Of a stretch of 64,000 bases of DNA, positions 1 to 11,937 are shown in pieces. This DNA is from Gekko japonicus (taxonomy: Eukaryota). The notes beneath the pieces were generated by a model. It was not told where the DNA came from. It saw only the letters and a program-made list of their open reading frames with translations, and did no database searches. Both the position numbers and the translations under genes were made by a program. Numbering within the stretch: the stretch's first letter is position 1; each line of letters starts with the position of its first letter. Location: positions 572,016 to 636,015 of the forward strand of contig NW_015167537.1 of assembly GCF_001447785.1 (NCBI RefSeq). The letters are read 5' to 3'.

Positions 1-289
1 TAGAACTTTGGTGAGTTGATAGGCAGCTTGGCAAATGCACTGAAATGAGAACTCTTCCCTCTTGAAAACATGATGAAAATTGAATAGGTCACCTTTTATA
101 CCTGAAATATTAGAGTTAGTAGGTTAATACTCCAGTCTTTCAAATATGTGCTGCAGAGATGTTTATGCCAGATGAGTGATCTGAAGATTTTTATCCATTG
201 GGGTCCTTTACATTTTATAATAATTTGTAGTTCATTAAATTGAATGTCTCCGTACCAATGGTGCTGCTGCTGCATTTAAGGGCCAGGAA

Positions 290-495
290 CAGGGGTCGTT
301 TTGTAGAAAAAGAGCTGCAGAAGCTCATTAACATGCCTAATAAGCTATTAGCATAATAACTCATTAGCATATGCCACACCCCCTGACATCGCCGGAAGTG
401 ATGTCAGAAGGGGAAGCAAAGGGGGGAGGCATCTTCAAAAGCCTCCCCTTCCCTTCCCCAGCCAGCCTGCCAAGGCGGGCTGGAGGGGGGGGGAG
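290..495 (+). mobile_element. Truncated hAT MITE, motif-rich end only (family with CAGGGGTC termini)
   Basis: Starts CAGGGGTCGTTTTGTAGAAAAAGAG and continues with the same ATTAGCAT/GCCACACCC/CCGGAAGTG block as the TSD-bounded copies at 1539 and 4473; no matching second end found, right boundary approximate. Confidence 0.65.
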
Positions 496-1538
496 CGAAG
501 AGAAAAGGCTGGTACTCTCTTTCCAGTACCCAAACCCCTTCTGTTTGGAACACCAATACTCTTCTTGAGTGTTTGACTGACTTTTAAGGTCTCTGGCAGT
601 TCCTAATCACACCAGACCAGGGATCTCTGTACTCCTCAGAGATAACTTTCCCTGTTTGCCTGGGAATCTTTCTTCTTCTCTCTAGATTTACCCCCTTCCC
701 TTTGGTCTGAATGGGAGTCTTCTCTTCTACTCACTTCCTTGCCAAAGTCTCCCCAGTACTCCTGACTGTGCTCAAACTGCTCTCCGCTACTGCTGAATTC
801 AAACAGTGTTCAGTCAAGGTAGAAATCTGATTCTGTCAGCACTAAACCCGTTTTCTAACACAGCTATTCGTAGACGTTTCAGTGCACATCTCATCACAGT
901 TAAGGTAGGATTCTGACTTCTCTCAGCATCCAGCTCTCAAAAGACTTTTTCTGTTCAGCTGATGCCAACCAGTCAGATTGCCTAGAGCAGCCTGACACTC
1001 AAGGCTCTCTGGCTTTGTGAAGAATTAACTCTTCACAGTCCTTTAGTTGTTTGTACCACACTTCTAAGCCTCTTTAAAAGTGCAGTCCGTCACATAGTGC
1101 TTGTAGCTTTAAGAAACAAATACCCTGGCTAGCACTGCAGAACTGGCTGGGCCAGACTTTTCCCAGGGAAATACTGCCAGGGGGAGGGAAGGAGGAAAAG
1201 CTGAAGACGAGGTCAGATAAAGATAAGTTGGCTGGTGGGTGGAAAGGAGAGAAGGAAGCAGGAAAAAGGGAGATGCTTATGGAGGCTTTCAGGAAATGGA
1301 AAGAGGAAATAGTGGGGGGAGAAGAAAATGAGATGTCCCCTGCAAGTCCTTGGAGGCCCCCCTCTTGTATTGATATATTCTATAACAAAGCCAGATCTAA
1401 TAAAAGCCAAAGAAGAGTGAATGTAAACTTTGCAACAAAATAGCTTTGGAAAAGTTCAGGTGTGCCCCAGGTATTGCAGCAATGCAGAAAGTGCCCCAGG
1501 AGAAGACAGTTATCTCTTTCTGTGTTTATTGCTGGAAG

Positions 1539-1950
1539 CAGGGGTCATTTCCTGCAGGAGCGCACAGGAGCGGAGCTCCGGAAGTAAAGAGCCCAGGGGG
1601 CGGGCACATGCAACAAGCTCAACCCCCTGCTCCCAGCAGCCCTTAGTCAGAGCAAGAGGCAGCCAAGTAAGTTTCAGAGCCCCCCCAGCCCCCCAGTCCA
1701 AAACAGTCCAGTGGCACCTTTAAGACCAAGTTTTATTCAGGTACAAGCTCTCCCTCCTCTGTGAGGACAGATCTGTATGTCCCCCCCCCCCAATAGCTAG
1801 CAATCCAAAACAGTCCAGTGGAGCCTGAGTGGTGGGTGTTGCTTTCTGAGATACTTCCAGCGATGTCAGGGGGTGTGGCACATGCAAATAAGTAATGCTA
1901 ATGAGATGCTAATGAGCTCCTACACCTCTTTTTCTACAAAATGACCTCTG
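1539..1950 (-). mobile_element. Non-autonomous hAT element with 8-bp TSD
   Basis: Termini CAGGGGTCATTT...AAATGACCTCTG; perfect 8-bp TSD GCTGGAAG at 1531-1538 and 1951-1958. Confidence 0.85.
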
Positions 1951-3334
1951 GCTGGAAGTAAGTAAAGCAAACTACTTGGCTACATGCTCTAGAACTCTGC
2001 TGGCACCTCTCAGCCATATGAAGTCTTGGCTGCTAAGACTGGAAGTAGTAACATGGTACTTAAAATGCCTGCAGTCAGAGCTGTCTGGAGGTGCTCATAG
2101 TTCCTAAGGAGGAGAATGTTTTAGTCATCCTGCTACCAGATAAGAGATAACGAAAGTTCTGCTTTCTGCTAAGGATGGTACATTCAAAACAGGATAACTG
2201 CATGTTCTTGATAAGTAAGTACATTTAAATTGAGATAGTCTGACAGGTTCAGATGCTTGAGTAAGTCTGGAGTCACATAGGTGAATTATTATTGCTTTGG
2301 GGGACAGCAGTCTTTGAGTAAGTGAGTCAAAGATCATCCTCTGTGAATCCTGAAGACTGCAACTCCATTAGGAAATGTTGTGGCCAGTATTTTATTGTGT
2401 TTCTGCCCTGAACTTCACATCAGCCAAATGCATTTGGTCAGCTTGCTGTTCAGGGTTATCTGCAGCAAACAGCATGGCCCAGTGCTTTCCTGTCTTGTCC
2501 ACAGGAGTTTTCAGCATCAAGTAGCCTTAGGAAATGTGCTGTATTAATAACAGAATGGTGGACCTATCAGATATAAGCACTGCCCATTTTACCTGAAAGA
2601 AGTTGGACGAAGTAGGGTTTTCTACCTTGTGACCTCTTGTCAGTTTTTGAATTTGGCTGTCAGACAAAGTAATTCAGGGGAAAAAAGATACCACTGGCTT
2701 GTAAATGCAACTAGATTCTTGAATGGCTGCTTTTAATTCCTATGGTGAAAAGAAACATACTTCAATTAGAGTCAGTCATTTGAAATGCTTTTGTAGAAGA
2801 GCTGAGTAAGAATTCAGGAGGTAGGCATTCTAGGTCCAAGAACATGTTTTTAACTTTATTCTCTTTGACTAATGCTTTTTTGGCACTTAGATTTTGTTTG
2901 TTTTCATACCCAGACCTAAAGGAGCTTATACCAGGTGGGGAATAGAGTGGGTCCTAGACGCAGTCTTGATGGATGAAAAGGAAGAAAAAAACAGCCCTTG
3001 TATCTTGTTTGTAATGAATGGACATTCTACTCACTATCAGAGAAACAGGGATTGATCCTGACTTTCTTCCATTTGGATAACAAATTGTATAATCTTGGAA
3101 AGTAAATCAATATTTTTTGCTTATGACAAAGTGGACCTGTTGAAGCCCTTCCAATAAAATGTAATTAGTGAAGTCAATAAGGCAAAGCTGACACACAAGC
3201 TCAGTTTCCATTTCAGTTGTAAGATACGTTTTTCTTCTTACCTCATCAGGGTAGATCTCTGACATTCTCAGCTCAGAAACTAGTTGACTAATGCTTAGTA
3301 TGGAAGACTCAGCTAAGAGGATAAAGTAATTATA

Positions 3335-3637
3335 CTGCAGAATTCACTAACAGGTAGGTAGATGATGATGGCCACAAGCATAAACAGCTTCAAAAGGGGG
3401 TTAGATTCATGGAAGAGAGATCCATGTTCATGGCTACTAGTTAAGGAAAGTGAAGAGAGCCTCCATAGACAGAGACAATAAGCTTCTGAATATCAGTGCC
3501 AAGATACAGCAGGGGAGATCCTTGTCTTCTGTGCCCTGTTTGTTTGGCCCTTCAGGGCAACTGGTTGGCACTATATGAAACAGCATGGTGGACTAGGGGG
3601 ACCAATGATCCAATGCAGCATGCTGTTCTTATGTTTT
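3335..3637 (+). mobile_element. Old CR1 LINE 3' fragment
   Basis: Colinear similarity to the 3' end of the CR1 at 42940-43253, ending TGTTCTTATGTTT. Confidence 0.7.
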
Positions 3638-4472
3638 TAATGATCTAAGAAGTGAGAAACTGTTGAATATAATGCAAGCTAGAGACATGCTATGAGGCAA
3701 AATGACCCTAACTGTTGTGAGAGTAGTGCTTGTGTGGAGGTTAATGTGTAAGGTTAATGTGTGAGGGAGACCTCCTGTTTCAGAGTCGCTGTTCTTACCT
3801 GGGTGGGAGGAGCTCAGCAGTGCTTCAAGTTGGATGACATTGGAGCACACGTGTACAGTACAGGTATAGGAATTCTTCGCATGTTACAAATTTAACCTAA
3901 TGACTGACAATAACTTTCTCTTCAGCTGAAGACTGTACACAACTATTATGTGGAGAAAAGCTTCAGAAATTAGGGGTTGTGTAATTGTGTCTGAAGACAA
4001 TATACACAAGAAGCTTATCTATTGTACTGCCTTAAAAATTATTCCCAGTGTAGACAATGGGAGCTGACCCCTTATAGCTCTCTTGTTTTGGAAAAACCTA
4101 AATACTAATAATTTGCTCAGCAGAATAAGAATACAGATGTATGAATGGTATAGGCAGGCAGAAGTGTGATTTCCATATAAAATGGTTGTTCATCAACCCA
4201 GAGGAACAGTTGCCATGAGATAACTTTCCTTCTCAGTATTCTCATCGCTTTGTTCAAAGGCTGCTGTTGTGTAAAGTTTGAGACAATGTGTATGAAGAAT
4301 TTACTTGTTTGTTATTGTTTTTAATAATATCCTGCCTTTATTCAGTGAAACTCAAGGTGGCATACATTGGATTCCAAGATTTCTCTCTAAGTACTGACTA
4401 AATCCAGGCCAATGAGTTTTGGAATTATTGCCTTTTAACCATTCCCTGGACCAGTGTATGAATGCTAATTAG

Positions 4473-4814
4473 CAGGGGTCATTTCGTAGAAAAAGAGCTA
4501 GGGGAACTCATTAGCATAACTCATTAGCATATACCACACCCCCTGACATCTGGGGCCCGGTGGTGGACCTGCAAGGCCAGCGGGAGTGCGAGGAAGCCCC
4601 GCCAAGGCCCTCCCTGGCCCCAGGCAGACAGGGGTGGGGAGAGGCGGGGAGGAAGCAACTTACCCTACCTCTTCTCCTGCCTCCTCCTGGCTGAATGAGG
4701 GCTGGAAGCAGGGCGGCCAGAAGCAGGGGCTGGGGCTTCGTCATGTGCCCCGCCCCCTGCAACTCACCCGGGGGGAACTGCGTTCCCCCGCGTTCCCCCC
4801 CGAAATGACCTCTG
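4473..4814 (+). mobile_element. Non-autonomous hAT element with 8-bp TSD
   Basis: TIRs CAGGGGTCATTTCG / CGAAATGACCTCTG; TSD CTAATTAG at 4465-4472 and 4815-4822. Confidence 0.88.
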
Positions 4815-7800
4815 CTAATTAGTATATACAGAGCTATTAGTACATACTGAGCTTCATTCAAGTTCAATCTGCTATTATAATTGTTTGCTTTGACAAATTA
4901 ATAACCTATATTGAAAGTCCTAAATATAAATTCTGTATTTTTAAGCTGAAATCTCTGAGCAGTTTACTTCAAAGCGGAGTTATTAATGTCTGTTGAACTG
5001 CCCTGGCATGAACTGCTGTAGCCTTCTTTGTTCACAATGCTGCACTGGTATCTGTGATTGACAGAGGATTTTAGGAACATGGGTTCTTTTGCTGCCAATA
5101 GTAACAAACCAAATGACAAACACACTTTGCATTTGTCACATTAAAATGTTGGAGAGCAATGCTGTTTATGCGTTGCCAGATGCTTTGCAAACATCTGAAA
5201 GCTGAAAGCTGACAGAATGACACTGTCATAAGTACATTATGGGTAGACATTTGGTTTCTGAAGTGCAGAAGAAAGGCATAACAATGGCATATGGTCAGTC
5301 TGGTTTTCTTATCAGCTATGAAAGACTCCAATTTGCATTTCTCTAAAAGGGTGCAGAAATATAAATGAAAGCAGAAAGTCCTTCATATTTCATTTCCTTT
5401 CTTAGTAAATGAGCAGGATACATTTACATTTTTCAGTACTGACAGTTGTCGGCTTGTGAACGAGGATGGTAAAGAGATTATGTTGGAGGTATATCTGCTG
5501 GAATGGCATAGACATGCAACAGTATTGACCTCTCATTTCTTAAATGTGAAGCAGAGATCAGGGGTCCACACAGAAGCCTTTTAGACATTTATTTTGTTGT
5601 TACCAAACGCAGCATTTTAACCATTATACTACATTGTAGGGACATAAATGAACAATGGTGATGGCATTTGTGGCTTAATGACAGAGCATTACAAAAAAAA
5701 AAAAAAAGACTGGTGATGATTGTGAATTGTATTTGTGACAAAAATTCCTGATACTTCCAGTTCTTATATAACATTAGTTGGACATGAGTGGATCAAATCT
5801 AGAAGTGCTTAGGTAATAATTTAGTTTATTCCATTCTTGTAAGTAATCTTCCTGCATCATGCAATAAAAACATAGTCAATTTTAATTATTCTTTGGGTCC
5901 CACTTTTATTATATCTGCAACTAGTGTAGGTTTCTGAGAACAGTACATCCAAACATCACAAGGGAATTATATTATGAAAGCAAAGTGCCATTTAAGCCAG
6001 GGGCAGTATCGAAGTGTGTAAGCAGCCTTCTTAGGCACATATCGTTAAGAATGGCAGGAAGTGCCCCTTTTCAGCTGCAGGAAGGAAAAGACTGATTGCC
6101 ATTGAATTGCCAGGGGCTCTTTATTGCATAAGCATTGGTGTGCTAAAGGTTGGTGGTTGTTGCATACGATACGGGATAGTCTTGTTTCTGGAGAAGTAGC
6201 AGAAACAAGCCTCAGAACTACTGTTGCTTTTCAAGGCTAATACTCTGCTAGGTTTTATTTTAACAATGTCACTTACTGTCCTGATACAAATCTTTCATAT
6301 GTACAAGGTCCCCCCCCCAGTAATTATAGTGTCAGATTTTCTTTGGGGGGACTGAGCACATGATTATAGGAAGACACAGCATGTTTATTAATACTTAGTA
6401 AATTTACCACATGATTCAAAAAAAGAGGTGGCGGTAGAAACCAGAAAGGAAGTCAGGTTTGGGAATCATGTAGCAAAAAGGTTTATTAAACCATTCTTTA
6501 TTTAAAATATTTATATTCTAGTTTTCTCCCAGTCAACTGGACTCACGCAGGTGCTTTATCATGTTAGATGTTATAGTTTCTGCTAAAAGAAATTAGTGAG
6601 CAGATAATGTATAGCAAAATTTAAAGGATTTGAAGTAAAGAAAGGAGTTTTTGTCTTTGTTTCATCGTACACTCCTTTCCCCTACTTGTATGTTTTTATG
6701 TGTACTTATCTTTTGTAAATAAATTTCTAAATTCTGTTTTAATCATTAAAGTTACTGGTCCAGAACCCAGGGTCTTTCTTATTTCAATGCCACAAATTTA
6801 TGCTACCAAAAAGGTTATTCTTCCAATTGGACATATCTAAATTCCTTTTATTTCCTATCACCTCGGCCATTAGACATTGTAGGGGCACGCCGATGTTGTG
6901 ACATACAAGTAGGGGAAAGGGGGGCATAGGTGGCATAGAGGAGGGACAGTTTAGCCTTCTATCTAAGCCAATTGTAGGAAGGATTCAGAGGGATTTGGTC
7001 TTTAGGAGAGTGGTGGGAGAGGCTGAGAAGTAGCGTGGTACCTAGTTACAGATCATATGAGATACTGTGAACTGCATGACTGTGTGACATGAAAAAAAGA
7101 GGCAGATCATGTGGAAAACTGCCAGTCTGGATACATATACCCAGTCTGCATCCCCCTTCTTATGAATCCATAGAAATTTTCATTTGTTTACATAAAACAT
7201 TTCTACCCTACCTTCTCTCCAGCCAAGGTGGTTTGAGCTTACCATTTACTTCGCTTTGATATAATTTTCCTTAATAATATTAAATAGTACATGTGACTTC
7301 ATCCACTTCTTTGCCTGTTTTGGCAAATTACTATGCTTTCATGACTATTGACCTCTATATTATGTTATCATAGTCATATGATTAAAACAATTTTCATCTC
7401 ACCAGCACTAAATCCATATTGTTTATTAATTACCATAAAGATTCTGTATTTCAGATAGGCTTCAGGTTGGTGCTTTTTCGGTTTTTTAATTTAGTTGACA
7501 AAAAATTTTTAGCCGTTGAAAAGATTCACTGTGTTCTGTGTATTTGAGCACACACCATGAAGCCATCCTTTTGGATCATTATTTCCTTCAGATTAGAATA
7601 GTTGAAAATAAACAGTAGTCTTTAGCACCAGGAATTCACATTGTATTTCAGAGTAGCCCTGCTATTGTGTCTGGAATCCAACAATTCCTCACTTCTCTCC
7701 CCCTCTTTCCCCAGCTGTGGATATAACGAACCTAGAAGGAGGGAATTATTGGAAAGTATAAACTCTAGAGGAAACAATCTGCTCAACCAGAGCTGCTTTT

Positions 7801-8990
7801 GACAGACCATTAAACAAATTGACATCACATATGAATAACCCAGAACAATGCCCAGATGGTGTGGGAACTGTAATTAACCAAGAGCAATTCAGCCATCTCA
7901 ACTGTGTGAATAGCAAACTTGAGAGAATTAAAAAGTGCATCGGAGGAAAAAAAATCCTGATAATTATACATAAATGGGATGCTGCCATGAAATGAGGATC
8001 TTGAAGAGTTTATAAATATGGTAGGGACTTTTATAAATTTAATAGACAGTTTATAGCCATCTGTTTCTGTACTCATGATCTCCTTTAATTTAGATAATTC
8101 CCATACCTTTGGCATATTTGTACAGTGCAACCTTACCTTTTGTCATCTTTTCTCTAAAAAGTGAAGAAAGGATGAATGGTAAAAAGCCCCTGAGCAGATT
8201 TAGTAGTTGATGTGTGGCTTTGATATTCTGGCCACTTCATATGCCCCGTTAAACTTGTCATGAAATACCCTCACAAATAACCGTTCCTCCTCTATTCCTG
8301 GGTTAGCTGAATGACTTTATGTGGATTGTTTTATTCAGAATTATTACCAGCCATATTCCTGAAAGGTCAGGATGGATAGCAACTGTAACAGACACCTTGA
8401 GGGGGGGGGGCATTTTATGGAAGTCACATTTATGATGGATATCGAGGGCTGGATCCTGTGATCCACGGATACAAGGCTCATGGAACTTTCCCATGTTTCC
8501 CTCCTGCAAGTAGTCCTTTCCAACCTCAAGAGTATTTATTCCTGTGGTTGAGAGGCCCATGTGATGTATGTAGTTTGGGAGGATATAGTGCAGAGAAGAA
8601 AGAGGGTGAAACTGTGCTTCCCCCCCCCCCCCTGCCCTATCTCCTATCAACAGAGCTGCACTGGTGGAAGAGAAGAGTGTAGCTTTCTGACCCATATGAC
8701 TATTACACTGTGCAAGTCCTACAGTCCTGGGAATAAATTTACCTAGGTAAGAAATGACTGCAGGGGGAAGGGGAATGGAGGAAAGACCCATGGCCCTTAG
8801 TGCCTTCAGTGTTTACACTATATTGTTAAAATGCCATTTTATTTACTTGTGATACTTTTAGTGTTTTTTCCTGTATTTTAAAGCAATTTCTAACAAAACC
8901 ATCATATAAAAAGACCTTCATGTTGCAAAGGCATAAGCAGAGAGAAAAATCTGAGATGGGTGTTGCATACTCATAGACAGAGACAATGGG

Positions 8991-9043
8991 TGGCGCCCAA
9001 CGTGGGGCATGAACCCACGACCCTGAGATTAAGAGTCTCATGC
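8991..9043 (-). pseudogene. 5'-truncated retrocopy of mature tRNA-Lys(CUU), including the CCA end
   Basis: Minus strand reads GCATGAGACTCTTAATCTCAGGGTCGTGGGTTCATGCCCCACGTTGGGCGCCA, i.e. tRNA-Lys-CTT positions 24-76 with two differences (57, 58); flanked by direct repeat GCATACTCATAGACA (8965-8979, 9067-9081). Confidence 0.88.
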
Positions 9044-9727
9044 CCGGCATACTCATACATTGCCTGGCATACTCATAGACAACATTTGGAGCACAGAAAG
9101 TGATAGCAGCAACATTAGTGCTTTCTGTTGGTTAGGAACAAAGAATATAAAGGTGAGACATGCAGATAGATATATGTGATAGATGGACAGACAGATATAC
9201 GGCATTAATGGGTATGCCAGTGAACTGAAAAGTGATGGGTAAAAATTACTTTGAATAAAGGGCGGTCAAATACCAGCATAGTTTATATTGGAAGCATGGC
9301 TCAGAGCTAAGGAAGTAGTGTGCTCATAGGAATCTGGCACCTATGCATTTATTATGAGGTATATATGAAGGGGAGGAAAGGTGAAAGGTGAGTGTGTGTA
9401 TTCAAAGACATGGTTTTGAAGATCATTACAGCCTGAAATGTAAGCTATGGCTGAAAGAAATTACTCATGCTGGATAAGCCAACATGGCCACTCACAGCCA
9501 GCCTACTAGAGATCACAAGGAGCCTGCCACTGCTACACTGGAAGTAAGAAGATGGGAGGGGGAAGCTGCAGGACAGAGGGCTAGAAAACTAGATAGGGGT
9601 CTTCCACAGCACCCACTGTTGGTTGTGTGCATGGTACAATCAGGAGCTGCTTGCCTCCCTTGTAATGGCTTGAATCTAGAATGTTATCTTTCATCTGAGT
9701 TTTTTGAAATTTGGGCAGTTTTTGCAA

Positions 9728-10840
9728 GGGGGCTTGCGTGGTTCGATGAGACTGTGGGCGATGCGGTGGAGGGCTATGTAGGATGGACAGGCCACAGCAC
9801 AGAACTCAGACAAAATGTGATCCACTGGAGAAGGAAATGGCAACCCACTCCAGTATCTTTGCCAAGAAAACTCCATGGATAGTAACAAAAGGCTAAAAGA
9901 TAAGACGCCGGAAGATGAGCCCCTCAGGTTGGAAGGTGTCCAATATGCTACTGTGGAAGAGCAGAGGGCAAGTACAAGTAACCCCAGAAAGACTGAAGTG
10001 GCTGGACCAAAGCCAAAAGGATGCTCAGTTGTGGATGTCTCTGTGGATGTATACTGTCACCTTCCTTATTTAATTTATATGCAGAGTACATCATGTGAAA
10101 TACCAGCCTGGATGAATCACAAGCCAGAATTAAGATTGCTGGGAAAAACATCAACAACTTCAGATATGCAGTCAATACCACTCAAATGGCAGAAAGTGAA
10201 GAGGACCTCAAGAGCCTCTTGCTCAGAGTGAAAGAGGAGAGCGCAAAAGTTGGCTTGAAACTCAAAATCAAAAAAACTAAGATCATGGCATCCATCCCCA
10301 TCATTCCTTGGCAAATAGAAGGGGAAGCCGTGGAAGCAGTGGCAGACTTCACGTTCCTGGGATCCCAGATCACTGCAGATGGTGACTGCAGCCATGAAGT
10401 TAAAAGAGGCCTGCTCCTTGGGAGAAAAGCGATGGCTGCGAGAGTTGGCCTATAAGGAAGGCCGAGCGCCGAAGAATAGATTCTTTTGAATTATGGTGCT
10501 GGAGAAGACTCTTGAGAGTTCCTTTGACTGCAAGGAGATCAAATCAGTCAATCCTAAAAGAAATCAACCCAGACTGTTCCCTGGAAGGCCAGATACTGAA
10601 GATGAAGCTCAAATACTTTGGCTACCAAATGGGAAAGGAGCACTCACTGGAGAGGACCCTGATGCTGGGAAAGATTGAAGGGAAAAGAAGAAGGATGAGA
10701 TGGTTAGACAGTGTTATCGATGCAACAAACATGAACTTAAGCAAACTCTGGAGCATGACGGAAGACAGGAGAGCCTGGCATGATATGGTCCATGGGGTCA
10801 CTAAGAGTCGGACTCAACTGTGCAACTGAACAATAACAAG
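9728..10840 (+). mobile_element. BovB (RTE clade) LINE, internally deleted
   Basis: 5' signature CACTGGAGAAGGAAATGGCAACCCACTCCAGTAT; ORF fragments MAESEEDLKSLLLRVKEESAKVGLKLKIKKTKIMAS and LKYFGYQM...LMLGKIEGKRRRMRWLDSV; tail CTGAACAATAACAA. Confidence 0.93.
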
Positions 10841-11084
10841 TGCAAATCAGTAATATTATATAAGGAATTTATATTCTATATAGAATAAATTTTGCATGGT
10901 TTTAATAAAGAGCACAGTGCATCTAAACCATAAAGCTACTCCTGCAAATAAAGAGATGTTGATATATTTCAGCCACACATTCTGCACCACACATACTCTG
11001 GCAACTCACAACATATGGATTGTATATATGGATTGAAATGGCAACTCACAACATATTTCCTCTTGGAAAAAAGGAAATTCAGAT

Positions 11085-11640
11085 ACACACAAACATGCAA
11101 GTGGGGACCCACAAGACTCGCAGGGGAGGAAATCCCATCCCCCCACTTTCTTACTGGACCTGATGCAGCCCCTGGGCTCCTTGCAGCCACTGCCTGGCCC
11201 ACTCCCTCTCCTCCCTGCTCTCGGTGGCTCGCCTGCAGCTGCTCCAGGTGGACCCACTAAGACTCCCTCCCCATAGTCACTCTTGGTGGCTTGCCCAGAG
11301 CTGTTCTGGGCTGCCTGCCAGGGCATCCCTCCCCCACTTGTCACTTTCAGCGGCTTGCCTGGCATGGCTCCAGGTGGGCTGGACCCGGCAGTGGCTCCTG
11401 GGCTTTGCTACTACTGCAGCCACCAGGACTGTTAAAGGTAAGTGTGTTGAGTGTGCAGACAACACTTTCATATTTGGGGATAGAATTTAAGCCCCAGGAT
11501 TTTTATAATGTCAGTTTTTTCTGCAAACCTAGGGGGTCCCCCAAGTTTGCAGAAATATCTTTTTAGTGCAAGTATGGCCCCAATCCACAGTTATAAGTAT
11601 CTGCAGATAGGGGTCATACTTGGGAATTAGATATATAGAT
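11085..11640 (+). repeat. Unclassified interspersed repeat ending ATTAGATATATAGAT
   Basis: Shares GGACCCACAA-ACTC-CAGGGG near the start and TGGCCC...ATCCA...GGGGTCA...ATTAGATATATAGAT at the end with 24130-25045. Confidence 0.5.
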
Positions 11641-11656
11641 GGCAAAAAGCTAATAC

Positions 11657-11937
11657 AAGAAGAGGAGGAGGAGGAGATTGATTTATACCCTGCCCTTCCC
11701 TACCCAAGGGAGTCTCAGAGCGGTTTACAAACTCCTTTCGCTTCTCCCTCCCCACAACAGACACCCTGTGAGGTAGGTGGGGCTGAGAGAGCTCTGACAG
11801 AAACTGCTCTTTTTCAAGAACAGCTGTGCCAGAACTATAGCTTGCCCAAGGTCATCCAGCAGGTGCAAGTGGAGGAGTGGGGAATCAAACCCGGTTCTCC
11901 CAGATTAGAGTTGGCGCACTTAACCACTACACCAAAC
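11657..11937 (-). mobile_element. tRNA-derived SINE, Squam3-like
   Basis: Minus strand begins GTTTGGTGTAGTGGTTAAG (A box), has a GGTTTGATTCCCC B box and a (CTC/CTT)n tail; homologous to 52727-52946. Confidence 0.8.

Noticed and set aside
496-1094. Possible LTR fragment following the truncated hAT end
   Set aside because: Only a GTCACA end and compositional impression; cannot be supported from sequence alone
290-1950. One 1.66-kb hAT element from 290 to 1950
   Set aside because: The exact TSD GCTGGAAG pairs 1950 with 1539, not with 290
8991-9043. Functional tRNA-Lys gene
   Set aside because: Lacks the first 23 nt (5' acceptor strand, D arm, A box) and has encoded CCA; it is a retrocopy
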